Translations under genes and position numbers: made by a program
Assembly (NCBI GenBank): GCA_051294375.1
Contig: CM119264.1
Location: 24,220,002-24,284,001 of the forward strand
From: Paraspadella gotoi
Taxonomy: Eukaryota; Animalia; Chaetognatha
Reading direction: 5' to 3'
DNA: 64,000 bases
In this document: in pieces, positions 1-10,733 of the stretch
Layout of the letters: each line of letters begins with the position of its first letter
Numbering within the stretch: the first letter of the stretch is position 1
Notes under the pieces: model-generated
Databases searched by the model: none
What the model was told of the DNA's origin: nothing
Seen by the model: the letters and a program-made list of their open reading frames with translations, nothing else

Positions 1-327
1 TCTGGAGCGTTACCAGAGAAGTAGGGCATAGGCGTGATATGCATACCCTAAGCGACGTAAGCGTGGGCGCACGGTGCGCAGCGGTTGCGTGTTCGAGAGT
101 CGGGCTCACCACTTATGGCAACGGGAGGATAGCCTGTGATACCCGGGGCGCGGGGTATCTCACCAACTGGCGTAGGGGCTGCGGACCCTCAGTGACCGCC
201 TCCTGTCACTGGCATGTTTATACCGGCACCGTCACATTTAAGCCAGAACCGGGATACCCGGGGATTGAACCCGGGACGCACGGATGGAATGAGATGATTT
301 AGCCTGCTCAGCCATTGAGACGAGGCT
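1..327 (-). mobile_element. tRNA-derived SINE copy (3' part may run off the window start)
   Basis: The minus strand shows a Pol III A-box-like TGGCTGAGCAGG (303-314) and B-box GGTTCAATCC (262-271). A related copy lies at ~8250-8395 (shared ctggcatgtttataccggcaccgtcac / ctggcgcgtttatgccgacatcatcac). Confidence 0.65.
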
Positions 328-1104
328 GAGGACGGACAGCAGTGAGGCAGCTTTAAGTCTTGCTGCCACAGTATGATAAGTTAAACTTTTGATTCAGTAA
401 ATAATAAGAAAGAAGAGAGAATTTATAATATGAGAGCATGAAATGACACAGCTATTTAAATTATATAAACATGATGTAAACATTTTAGTGCCAGACGGAC
501 AGGACCAAGTAACGACAGTTCTCTACTAGTTTCCGAACTGTAGGCCGCCACTACTCGCTCTTACGCCACCGTGAATGTTATTGCCACAAGGCACAACACG
601 ACAATTTATCGAATAAAAGTTCATCTCTAATAATGATGGATTAATAATTAAAACGTAGCTCTGATCCATAAACTAGCTAGCATTAAAAACTATACCAAAT
701 TAAACTTAATTAAAATTATGTATTCGACAATTTATAAAGATACATTCATGAACATTGAACAAGCATGGATACGCAATGTGGTAGTTGGAATTTTGAAAGG
801 TATTGTAATTAAAAACATTGAACAATATAAAATTAATAACATAAATATTAATAATTTTCTCTGTTTCGATACGTAATTATTTTGGGCAAGTGCAACATAG
901 TTTTCGCTCACAATAAATCAATAAGTAACAACTGTGACGCTGTAAAATGCTGTAAAATGCTATAGTATAGACAGTAGAGTGGAGCACTCAAAAACAAAAA
1001 AATTATTTGAATGATGAACAATGGATATTTAGATGTGAGATAGTATGATTAACTAGTACAAAAATATTTTGTTCATATTATCTCGGGAACAGAATAGTAT
1101 ATAA

Positions 1105-1478
1105 TATATTTTGTAGTAATATCCTTATAAAATAATAAATTTTAAAAATAATTTTTATAAAACTTTTATTAAAGATTCAGATTCTTCATAAAAAGTTGAA
1201 TCAAAATATAAAAACATGTTATCAAAAATTCTGTCATCTTCAATGTTTAAAATAAGAAAAAAGGTAAAATTCCGGACTTTTTTATTCTCTGTAGTAGAAA
1301 CTTATATATTGTTAAAACGTTTTAGTCATTTTTTGTGGTCTAAACATTAAAATATCATATAACATATTTTATAAAAGTTTCTTAGTTTTTAACAGCGAAT
1401 CCAAATCAGTTCTTAAAAATAAAAAAAATTATTTTAAAATTTGACGATTTTATAAGGATATTACTACATAAATAATTG
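1105..1478. mobile_element. AT-rich foldback / MITE-like imperfect palindrome
   Basis: tgtagtaatatccttataaaa (~1112-1132) is the reverse complement of ttttataaggatattactaca (~1448-1468). An inner pair, tataaaaacatgttat / ataacatatttttata, also matches. No coding capacity. Confidence 0.6.
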
Positions 1479-1658
1479 AATTTGCTATACTGTTATGCTA
1501 AAAAAAAATTTAAAGGATTTTAAATTCATGAATTTATATGTCCATAGGCAGCAAAAAAATAATGTTCATCACTCAATCTTTTCATCACTCCACCCTAATA
1601 GACAGTACATACATACACGATTACATATTACGAATTCGTTATCTAATTCTTTTAGTTG

Positions 1659-2398
1659 TTACGGATTTTTACGAAAACTTTTATTATTTCTGGGCAAAAC
1701 AGTCGGCGTTCTCCTGATTTCGTTTGTCCCGATATTCAAATCGACGGTGAACTTCAACGATGCCCGATTTCCTTCTCCTTTTCGCTCCAAATCTCTCATC
1801 GTCGTCGACGTCGTCGTCATTGATGAATCCGTTGTCAGATTTGTCGGCGTCAACGACTTTTTTGCAATCGTCTTTGTATTCGGTTTTCCCTTAGAGTCAG
1901 AAGACAAAAATTCATCCCCCGATCTCGTCCCTTTAACTTCTCTTCTCGCGACTTTTCCTTCATCTCCGATCCCCGTCTCGGCTTTCTCGTCAATCGGCAA
2001 CTGGGACTCCGCAATGGCGTCCTCAATGGCCGAGTCGGCATCGGCCGCTAGAGGATCCTTGAGAGAAATGAAAAAGTGTGTCCCGAGGCCTTGGGTGTGT
2101 CGAGTCAGATCGTCCTCCATCTCTCGAGAAGCCGAAGGCGCTTTCGAATCTTTTGAGCCGACGATGGGATAAGCGAGACCGGCTTCGCGCCTCGAAACCT
2201 TGTACGTGTTTGGTCGCATATGCGAAGTATGCGTCGCTTGTGCGGACGTTATGTCGTTATTTAAAATCGATTTGTCGTCGCTTTTTGGAAAAATGGTCCC
2301 GGGGTGGTTGGATGTAATTGTGCGGCCTCGTTTGGAAGATTCGGTAAAAAGTCCTTGCGAATTAGTAGGGGCTGTTGTTGTCCGAATTACAGGTGAAT
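1659..2398 (-). CDS. Orphan low-complexity protein, exon 2 (Ser/Thr/Lys-rich)
   Basis: Acceptor TTTTCTTATAG|AT gives in-frame ...MTSQ-D-SPVIRTTT across an 89 bp intron (2399-2487). Stop TAA at 1659-1661. Confidence 0.65.
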
Positions 2399-2487
2399 CT
2401 ATAAGAAAAAAAAGATTGGCAACACAAGATATCATTTTAAATCATAATTATGTCTAAGGTTTAAAACATTCAAGGAAACTGTCGTAC

Positions 2488-3505
2488 CTTGGGAAGTCAT
2501 CAACCGCTGCATCAATGCGTAGACTCCTTCGACGTCTTCGTCTCGAAGATTCCTCCTTTCTTTTTCTGGGAGGTGAAGTGGAGTCTCTTCTTCCGGCGCC
2601 ATTTTTCCGGTCCTCGGCAGCGACTTTCTCCTCGATTCCGAAACAGCCTTTTCTGCCCCAGACCGTGCCGTCTCTCCTTTGGGCGGCGCGTACTCTTCGA
2701 ATCGTTTGTTAATCGGATTCTTTGCCTTGAATATCTCGTTGATGGCATTTTGCTCGGCGACTTCCTCGGGACCGTCTTTGCTGCCAGATTCGGAATCGTT
2801 CTTCATCTTCAGCATCGGCATTGGCGTCTTCTTCCACCAACGACGTCGTTTGTCGGAGAAATCGATGTTGGATGAAGAAGAGGCGGGTTGTGAGGACGGG
2901 GTTATGGTCGGCAGCGGACGAGGGGAAAAATGTAAGTCTGCGCTCTTTTGTTCGTTTTGCTTTCCGAGTGGCAATTCCTGATGGAGTCGAGGTCCCTTTT
3001 GCAGATTCGGTAGAAAAGTCGAGCCAACCCTTTTGTTATCGACGCATTGTCGAGTGGGCGTTTCCTTTAACGCGTCCCTAAGAGTGACGGGACCCACGGG
3101 GGCGCTCCACTTTCGTGTCGAGACGTCAACGACGAATCCGGGCTGCTTCAATCCCTGTCGCAGAGTTTCAGATCCAACCGGCGGGGCCCATACGCTTCCC
3201 TCATCCGGACCATGGGACGAAAACCTCGGGTTATTGAGCTGTTGACGGGGGGTTGCCCTAGTTTCGATAGGCGCGAGCCGTTTGGCTAAAGGGGGCGTGG
3301 CCGACGGAGGTGCCCAATGTTTTCTCGGTGTTTGGCTTTTCCGCCAACCGATTCTGTCAACAGCTGGTTTGGCAGCGGCGCCAGTAGCCATTTTGACCGA
3401 GGGGGCGCTGGAAGGATTTGCGGCGTCGAAAGATTTGTAGGTTGGCTCGTCTAGAAAATACTGATAATCGTGCGGCCTCGCGGAAGGCTTGTCTCGTCGA
3501 TCCAT
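2488..3505 (-). CDS. Orphan low-complexity protein, exon 1
   Basis: GC-rich 357-codon ORF in AT-rich surroundings. Donor CAAG|GTACGA at 2487 is phase 1 and matches the acceptor at 2399. Confidence 0.65.
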
Positions 3506-3853
3506 GGGTTTTTATGCATAGTTACTATTTTTATTTAACTGCAAAAACATTTCGTTTTATTTTGTTCACATCATTTTTTTGAAATAGTAGAAGTTAAAAG
3601 CAATGAAATTACAAGATTTTATTTTGCCTTACGTATAAATTTTTATAAAGTTAGTTTTGTTGTATAGCAAAATTTATTGCAGCATAAATGTTAAAAAAAG
3701 TTTTCTATCCGTAAATTATTTCGGATGGTTAAAAAAAGCATTAAAAAGTGAATAGTAATAAGCAGAGCAAGCATATCTCTAATTCGGTTTTAAGAAACCT
3801 AGCTCCTCTTCGGACACGAAATTTAAGATTTTTTTCAAGATTTCTGTTGTTTG

Positions 3854-3867
3854 GTTGCTAGGGTAAC
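3854..3867. promoter_or_regulatory. RFX X-box-like motif GTTGCTAGGGTAAC
   Basis: Imperfect palindrome matching the GTTRCY-NN-RGYAAC X-box consensus, ~350 bp upstream of the ATG at 3505. Confidence 0.5.
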
Positions 3868-4523
3868 CAAGAGAGCGGAAAAATTCAAAGACTAGATGAT
3901 AAGAATTTCTAACGAAAACCTAAGGAAGTCATCAAAATAGGAAATGATATTAAATAATAAATAAATTTTTGAGATAAGACAGTCTTTGGTGGGAGATACA
4001 AGTGCAGTTTAAAAATTATTTAGCCCTTTATTTTTATTTTTCCATCAAGAATATACCGTTTTTGATTCGTGTATACTCCGTCTATTACCAACGGTTAGGT
4101 AATTTTTAATCATTTTTAGATTAGTTTTATTATTTTATTAATTTTTAAATCTTTAAAAGCCATCTAGAATTACTCGACCTACTTTTAAGTCAGTTTTTTC
4201 AAAAACTCCCGTCAATTAAAAAAAAAAAGATGGGGACAACGTTACACAACGACATATGACGAGACTTGACAAGAGATGAAGAATCTCAAAAAACAAGTTG
4301 AAAGTTCTAAAATATCAAAAAAAGAACAAAGCGAAAGAAAAATATTTAATTATAAAAATAAGAAAAAGAAAAAGAAAACGCAAAAGACGGTAGCAAAAAA
4401 AAGTTAGATTTAAAGAAAGAAGGCAGAAAGACGCATCAAGATAATTTTGATTTTTCAAGTCTTACAAAACTTTTCAAGCGTATGCGGTAGTAAAAAAATG
4501 TTGAGGCAAGTTCGGATCTGAGT

Positions 4524-4682
4524 CTAAGGGTCACCTGACCTCGACCGCCGCTCGTCCGCGATCCGCCGCTCGCACCGCGGCCCGACAAACTCCTTCGGGC
4601 AGCTGCAATGAAAGTCGGACTCCGCCTCAGCGACGCAGAAGCCGCCGCCGCAGGGGTTGGGCACGCAGGGATGGGGGTTTAA
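4524..4682 (-). CDS. TSP1/EGF protein, exon 8 (EGF5, probable stop)
   Basis: LNPHPCVPNPCGGGFC...FHCSCPKEFVGPRCE...SGDP* with TAG at 4524-4526. An alternative donor TCAG|GTGACC lies just before the stop. Confidence 0.8.
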   Translation of the reverse strand, partial: LNPHPCVPNPCGGGFCVAEAESDFHCSCPKEFVGPRCERRIADERRSRSGDP

Positions 4683-5513
4683 CTGTGTGGGAGGACAGGG
4701 ACGGTAGGATAAAGTTTAAATCATAGGGTAAGGAAAAAGGAGGAAAATAGTCAGGGGATGGGAGAAAGGGAAAAAGGGAAAAGATAGAGAAACGGGTAGA
4801 GAAAATAGAAGGTAAAAGATAAAAAAAAAAAGGATAAGGGTTACTCTAAAGGTTATCATTTAAGATAAAGAAGAACGATTGCCGATTGACAAAGAAGAAC
4901 GATTGCCAGACGAATGAAGTACTGGAAAATCATCCAAGCTTCCTTGCGCAATTGCAGTATTACTGTATTAGACAATAATTGATACAGCGTGCATAGGATC
5001 GTCACTAATATTGAGCGAGAAGAGAGGAGAGAAAAGAGAGAAAGAAGGGGGGGGGGGTGGCAAGAGATGCGAGGCTAAAAAGAAGAATCTTTTTTTCCTA
5101 ATTAGGAACGAATCGAAGACGGAGAAAAAAAATAGGGAAAAAGAAAAAAAAAAAGAAATAAAAAAAAACCCAGCGAACTCGGCTTCAGTTTGTTTCTTCT
5201 CGTTTTGAGATTGACGATATTTTCTCGTTCAAAAAAAACAAACAAACAAAAAGAACGAAAATGTACGATGACGACGACAACGGAGGCAAACGAAACATTT
5301 AATCTAGATTTTTCTTAATTTTTTTTTTCTGTGTTTCTATTTTTTGGGGATAGTCGAATCGTAAAAAAAAAAAGAAAAAGCAGAGTTGAAGCACCGAGTA
5401 ACTCTATTTTTTTTTCCAGTTTCCTATTTTTTTTACGAACTTAATTTATTATTCTCGCAGTGTTTTTCTTTTAAAAAAAGTTTTTTTTGGTTCAGTTTCA
5501 TTTTTGCCATCAC

Positions 5514-5623
5514 CTTGGCAACGTGATTTTTCTCTCTGTTGTACACGTCAAGATGTTTAACGTGTTCTTCTTGTTCGTCGTCGTGATTGATGATTCGAAT
5601 CATGTGATCAGGCGCAATTTTCA
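5514..5623 (-). CDS. TSP1/EGF protein, exon 7 (linker)
   Basis: VKIAPDHMIRIINHDDEQEEHVKHLDVYNREKNHVAK. Its phase 1-0 is exactly what is needed to join exons 6 and 8. Confidence 0.65.
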
Positions 5624-5898
5624 CTTTAAATAAAGTAAATAAAATATAATATCGCATAAACATAAAACATAAAACAGGATGGTTTTAAAACTTTAAAAAC
5701 CCTGTTGAGTGTTGACCAATCCGTGACTTGATTGCCCCACATATTCAATATATTTACCTTGTGCTGACGGCTTTATTCAATAAGCCACCTGAGGATTTGA
5801 CGTCTACACGCGGGGTGAACCGTGCGATTTCAGCTACAACAGTCGTTCTGAAGTCGTGCATTGCAATGGGTTCGCACCGCCAATAAGCAATTAAGCAT

Positions 5899-5963
5899 GG
5901 TACCTTCAGTCGTGACCAGATGGCTCATTCAGTAATACCATCAGCTCACGACCATTAGGTACC
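5899..5963. other. Intronic stem-loop (pre-miRNA-sized hairpin or element relic)
   Basis: ggtacct-tca-gtcgtga-ccagatgg [14 nt loop] ccatcagc-tcacgac-catt-aggtacc pairs into an ~25 bp imperfect stem. Confidence 0.45.
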
Positions 5964-6201
5964 GGGATCTTTCCCCGCGGGAAGCGTGAGAACGACCGTA
6001 AACCACCTTGGGGGCGTGAAAAACCCTCAACCCCCACGTTCATGACCCCCTGCATGGCTGCTAGAGGGTATTAAAGAAGTTGCAGATAGCACTCATCAGC
6101 CCACTTAGCTCCTAATCCACAGTTCTATTCGTTATTATAAAATTTGAACATTATACACCTTTAAAAATGCAAGAAGCTGATATTTCCGGCAACCGAGTCA
6201 C

Positions 6202-6487
6202 CTTCGTGGTCATCGTCGTCTTCTTGTGAGACAGTCTCAGCCACAGCCATCTCCTGCGCCGCCGCCGCCGCCGCTGCCGCTGCTACCGCCTCCTGCTTGG
6301 CCGCAGACGCCGGCTTGTTCGAGACCGCGTATTTTCGTTGGCACCGTTCGCCAAAAGAGCCAGACGGGCAGGCGCAGAGAAAGCCCCTGCCTTGAGGGCT
6401 GCAGTGGCCCGGTCCGCAAGGGTGAGGATCGCAAGGGTCGTGGGGAGGTTGGGCGGGCGGTGACCGGATGTGGACCCGCCCTTCGAC
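6202..6487 (-). CDS. TSP1/EGF protein, exon 6 (EGF4, poly-Ala, acidic)
   Basis: DPCDPHPCGPGHCSPQGRGFLCACPSGSFGERCQ, then a poly-Ala run and EDDDD. Phase 0-1. Confidence 0.85.
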
Positions 6488-6585
6488 CTGGCGAGATATT
6501 TTTAGATAATCTTTAAATTAAAAACAAAACAAAAAACTTACCACGAACACAGATGAAACTTGATTGACCGATTGACAGTTGAAAC

Positions 6586-6749
6586 CTTGATTTCGCAGTT
6601 ATTGCCGATTCTTCCTTTGGGGCAGGAGCAGAGGTGAGTCGAGGGCTGATGCGGGTGAGGTCGACATTTCCCATCGACGCAGGGAAAAGGGACGCAGGGA
6701 TGAGGCTTGTCGTGCTGGAGGCCGGACGATCTGGTTTCACAGGCGTCAC
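6586..6749 (-). CDS. TSP1/EGF protein, exon 5 (EGF2 end, EGF3)
   Basis: GDACE...HPCVPFPCVDGKC...HLCSCPKGRIGNNCEIK. Phase 1-0. Confidence 0.85.
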
Positions 6750-7077
6750 CTTTGGATAGATGGAATTGGTAGATGGAATTGAATAGAATAACCTATAGAA
6801 TTCAGGGTAATGTAAATTAAAAAAAATTGATAAAATTATCAGAAAATACTGACTAAATGTAATGAAATGTTATAGAAAAAAAAAATAAGAACACTATTCG
6901 GGGGGTAATGAAATAAAAACCAATCAAAAATGATTAAAGGAAATGGAAAATTGAATGAAAGTTTAACGGAAAAAAAAAAGTGGAAAAAAAAAAAGAAATG
7001 AATTGAATGTAATTGAATTGAAAAGAAATGAATTGAACTTTAATGATATGAAATGAAATGGATACTCAATAGCTCAC

Positions 7078-7219
7078 CGATCCACCCTTTCGGACAGAGG
7101 CAAACGGCCCTGATCCCGCCTTCGCTTCGATGTGTCTCATGCGAATTCGCGTCGACGGAAATTTCGACGCATTCCCCTCGATTGGCGCAGTGATGACGTC
7201 CGCACACGCCCACGAAACC
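7078..7219 (-). CDS. TSP1/EGF protein, exon 4 (EGF2)
   Basis: GFVGVCGRHHCANRGEC...AVCLCPKGWIG. Phase 0-1, donor GTGAGC. Confidence 0.85.
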
Positions 7220-7252
7220 CTGGGCTCGATTGATTGATTGATTCATCGGGCG

Positions 7253-7325
<73 letters not shown>

Positions 7326-7396
7326 TTATTGATTTATTGATTAATTTATTTATTTGTTTGTTTGTTTGTTTGTTTCCCAGATATAATATTTATTTT

Positions 7397-7480
<84 letters not shown>

Positions 7481-7506
7481 TATTTCTTTCGTAACCAATT
7501 ACCCAC

Positions 7507-7589
7507 CTGATCACCGTCGCTTCTGCTGTATTTGAGTTGACACCTGAGTCCGGCGTAACCGCGAGGACACGAACACGAAAATGAAGTCG
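7507..7589 (-). CDS. TSP1/EGF protein, exon 3 (EGF1 end)
   Basis: ATSFSCSCPRGYAGLRCQ carries the EGF CxCxxGYxGxxC signature. Phase 1-0. Confidence 0.85.
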
Positions 7590-7923
7590 CTGTGGATTAA
7601 AAAAAAAAAAAAAGACCTGCATTCAGCCATTGTGTAAAACACTTTGCTAAACTTGTACGCATTAATCGGGTTTAGTTATCGATGCATACCGTAGCATTTT
7701 ATAGATTATGCTTTTTGCGCCATTGTGTTCTTATAACCCTACCTATTATCATAAAGAAATACTAATGTAAAAGCATATTTGTAATCGGTCCTTGCGACAA
7801 GTTCACCCCAGCGATATTTCCCCCGATGGTTCTAATCTTTTTTTCTTCTCCCAGTAATCTCGTCCTTTCCCTTCTCTATTTTCTCTATTCCCTTCCCTTT
7901 TCTATTTTGCCTCGATACCTTAC

Positions 7924-7999
7924 CACTCTGCCCAGGCTTTATAAAAGCGTCGTAGGCCAAACATCCTCCCTTCACGCAGGGGAAAGGGTGACAAGGACT

Positions 8000-8032
<33 letters not shown>

Positions 8033-8142
8033 TTCCTCATCTTCATGACTCGGCGCCGTCAGCGTCACGTGAGCCTCGCACTTTCGGACCTGGGACGTCT
8101 CGGCGCCGCAGCCTTTGCAGAGCCGGTGCCGGCGCTGCACAC
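7924..8142 (-). CDS. TSP1/EGF protein, exon 2 (TSP1 end, poly-Glu, EGF1 start)
   Basis: GVQRRHRLCKGCGAETSQVRKC completes a TSP1-like module (GxQxRxRxC). It is followed by poly-E and PCHPFPCVKGGC. Phase 1-1, donor GTAAGG. Confidence 0.8.
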
Positions 8143-8249
8143 CTTATGTAAGGAGCAGGAAAAGGAAGAGAGGGAAAAGAAAAAGAAAAAAAATTATATT
8201 AAGGCAACGGAGGGACATGTGTAAAGCCTGGAGTTTGAGGCATCTCTCG

Positions 8250-8395
8250 ACAGGTGGCGCTCATGGCTTTGGAACTACACTGGCGCGTTTATGCCGACAT
8301 CATCACTCTTTAACCCACGTGACCGTGATGCGATTGAACCCGGAACTCACGGTTGGACAACGAGTACTTAGCTGTCCAAGCCAAAGGGACGAGCT
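8250..8395 (-). mobile_element. Diverged tRNA-derived SINE copy in intron 1 of the EGF gene
   Basis: The minus strand reads agctcgtccctttggcttggacagctaag...ccgggttcaatcg (A/B-box-like) and is colinear with the copy at 1-327. Confidence 0.55.
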
Positions 8396-8479
8396 GAGTT
8401 TCACCCAACTATACGGAAGGCAAATTTAGGATTCGCCACAATATAATTATATAAATGGTTAAAAGTATGTAAGTGAGAC

Positions 8480-8624
8480 CTCTCAAGTTGCAGGGTCCCC
8501 ACGCCGACCACGAGGAATTTTCCTCCTCAGTCACGGCTTTCGTGAGGGGAAAGGAAAGGGAGACGAAAACCCCGATGACGACGACGATGGAAAGAGGAAA
8601 CGGAAGTTTTGACGTCGTCGCCAT
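8480..8624 (-). CDS. TSP1/EGF-repeat secreted protein, exon 1 (signal peptide + start of TSP1)
   Basis: MATTSKLPFPLSIVVVIGVFVSLSFPLTKA is a hydrophobic leader, followed by WSAWGPC (TSP1 WxxWxxC). Phase-1 donor G|GTCTCA. Confidence 0.8.
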
Positions 8625-8628
8625 TTTC

Positions 8629-8640
8629 CAAGATGGCGGC
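8629..8640. promoter_or_regulatory. YY1 consensus site CAAGATGGCGGC immediately upstream of the EGF-gene ATG
   Basis: Exact match to the extended YY1/Pho motif, 4 bp from the start codon. A second near-match, CAAAATGGCGGC, lies at 10191-10202. Confidence 0.5.
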
Positions 8641-9860
8641 GATTTGATAGAATTGAAAGCTTTAGTTTTAATTCGTACCGTAAGATCGTAACGGGGTAAT
8701 GGTTATTTTTTGATTTTTCATCAGCATCATTTTTTTTTTATTATACTATTGCTCTTTTGTAAGAGAGCGTTAAACACTGCTTCTCTCGGCATTGAATCTC
8801 ATTAAAGGCTACGAGTACTGAGATGACAACGTTCTCATCTATTTTTTTAAAGATGTCATTGCACTGACGTCGTCTGCAGAAAATTCTTCTTTTTTTTAAT
8901 ACAAATTTTTAATCTTTTTACGAGACTTGTTTTTCCGATATCCCCAATAATTTTTCAAAAATTTATTCCGATTCTTATATTTTGTATTGTAACTTTATAA
9001 TTTTATATTCAATTCCTAAATTTCAGCTAAATGATTTCAACTCTTCTCTATTCCTGAATTCACTCACTTTCAAAAGACTCTCACCTACAGAACTAAATCC
9101 GACCCTACCTTACCGACCCCACCCCACCTTACCTCCATCCCCTTTCCACGCATCCATAAACGGTTGTCCCAAACAGATGTTCTTTTCATTATCGTTTCCC
9201 GCCATGGAAAGAGAAAGAGAAGACTCGAGGAAGAGGACGAACCGAAGCGAATCCAACGAGAGGAGGAAGAGCGAGTGCACTTTTATGGAGACATCATGAG
9301 CAAAGGAAAATGAATTGGTCGGTAGGAGGAGGAAGGAGCGAGAGGGAAGTAGGGAGAAATGGGAAGATGGGAAGGAGAAAGCGGGGGGAAGGGCCTAATG
9401 ACGCTATTATGCGTTTATATACGCGTTATATTCCCTCTCTCTCTCTAGCTCTCACTCTCTCTCTCTCTCGGCGCGAGCGCCTGGAAAGGATGGCCACTTG
9501 ATGGGGGAAAAAATGGGAAAAATATCTTCATTTACTCGCGCCCCCTGCCGGTTATGGCTTATATAGTCTCGACTCTCGATCAGAGTGGGAAAAGTATTTT
9601 CATTTTTTTTTCTCTCCCTTTTCAATTATGTTTATGGGAAATGAGACCAATTGGTTGAGAAGAAATGAAGGGAAAATTAAGCAGAATGTATATTTATTAT
9701 TTTCAATGGAGTTTTTCACTTTCTATCCCTTAACTAAGGCAATTAAATCTTTGTTTTAAAAAGTAATCAGCTGCATTTTTCCCAATTCAATAACATCAAA
9801 CAAATAACAAAATATTATTTTCGTTAAAAAAAATTACGAAAAAAATAGAAAATGATTCTA

Positions 9861-10057
9861 ATCGTCGACGTCGTCATCGTCGTCGCCGTCATCGTCGACG
9901 TCGTCATCGTCGACGTCGTCATCGTCGACGTCGTCATCGTCGTCGCCGTCATCGTCGTCGCCGTCGTCGCCGTCATCGTAGTCGCCGTCATCGTCGACGG
10001 CGTCATCGTCGTCGCCGTCGTCGTCGCCGTCATCGTCGTCGCCGTCATCGTCGTCGT
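9861..10057. repeat. (GTC/ATC/GCC) trinucleotide-based simple repeat
   Basis: Tandem gtcgtcatcgtcgac/gcc units that generate spurious V/D/T-rich ORFs. Confidence 0.85.
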
Positions 10058-10369
10058 TTTCCGATCTCCGTTGCGCTCGTGGACGTGACGTATTCATTAT
10101 GGTGCAAACGACGAGCATGAATCGATTTTTCATTTCCTTCCTCGAAATCATAACCGAAGCGAGGCTAGGCCCTCATTTCAATTTCGACATCAAAATGGCG
10201 GCTGCAACGGAACGAAACATAATTTAGTTCATCGACGCCGGAAAATTCGTTTTTATTCTTTCGGCAAATCGTCGTCGAATTGGAATTTGCGGAATGTATG
10301 TCTCCGTTTGCACAACGGCAGATGGTCTTGAAAAGGCGGAATTGCAATTCATTATTTTCCGGGGAATTG

Positions 10370-10468
<99 letters not shown>

Positions 10469-10733
10469 TACGTAGATTTCTATTACCTACCTAAATGAAG
10501 TGAGGCCCACGAATTCTATCAGTAAAGAAATCAGCTAAGAAAGATTCCAAATAGCTAACAATTTCTACGATAAATATTACCAAATTAACAAAAAAATTAC
10601 TCGTATCAATCGTCGAGAATAGAAAACACTTAGAAATGTTTTTGCAGGGCACTCGAAAAAGGGTCAGATTTAATTTAACAAAGAAACATTATCTTAAAGA
10701 TATTTTCAGAGTCCTGATTCTGGCAGGATTAGA

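Noticed and set aside
255-327. Functional tRNA gene
   Set aside because: The A/B boxes are present, but I cannot fold a convincing cloverleaf, and the homology extends into a shared non-tRNA body, which fits a SINE.
1495-2172. 225 aa plus-strand ORF
   Set aside because: It is the antisense shadow of the spliced minus-strand exon 1659-2398, and its 5' part runs through AT-rich non-coding DNA.
10280-10498. RE/SL dipeptide ORFs (also many at 11.5-15.2, 21-22, 33-35 and 43-45.7 kb)
   Set aside because: These are translations of (GA)n, (TTTC)n and (CAT)n microsatellites.
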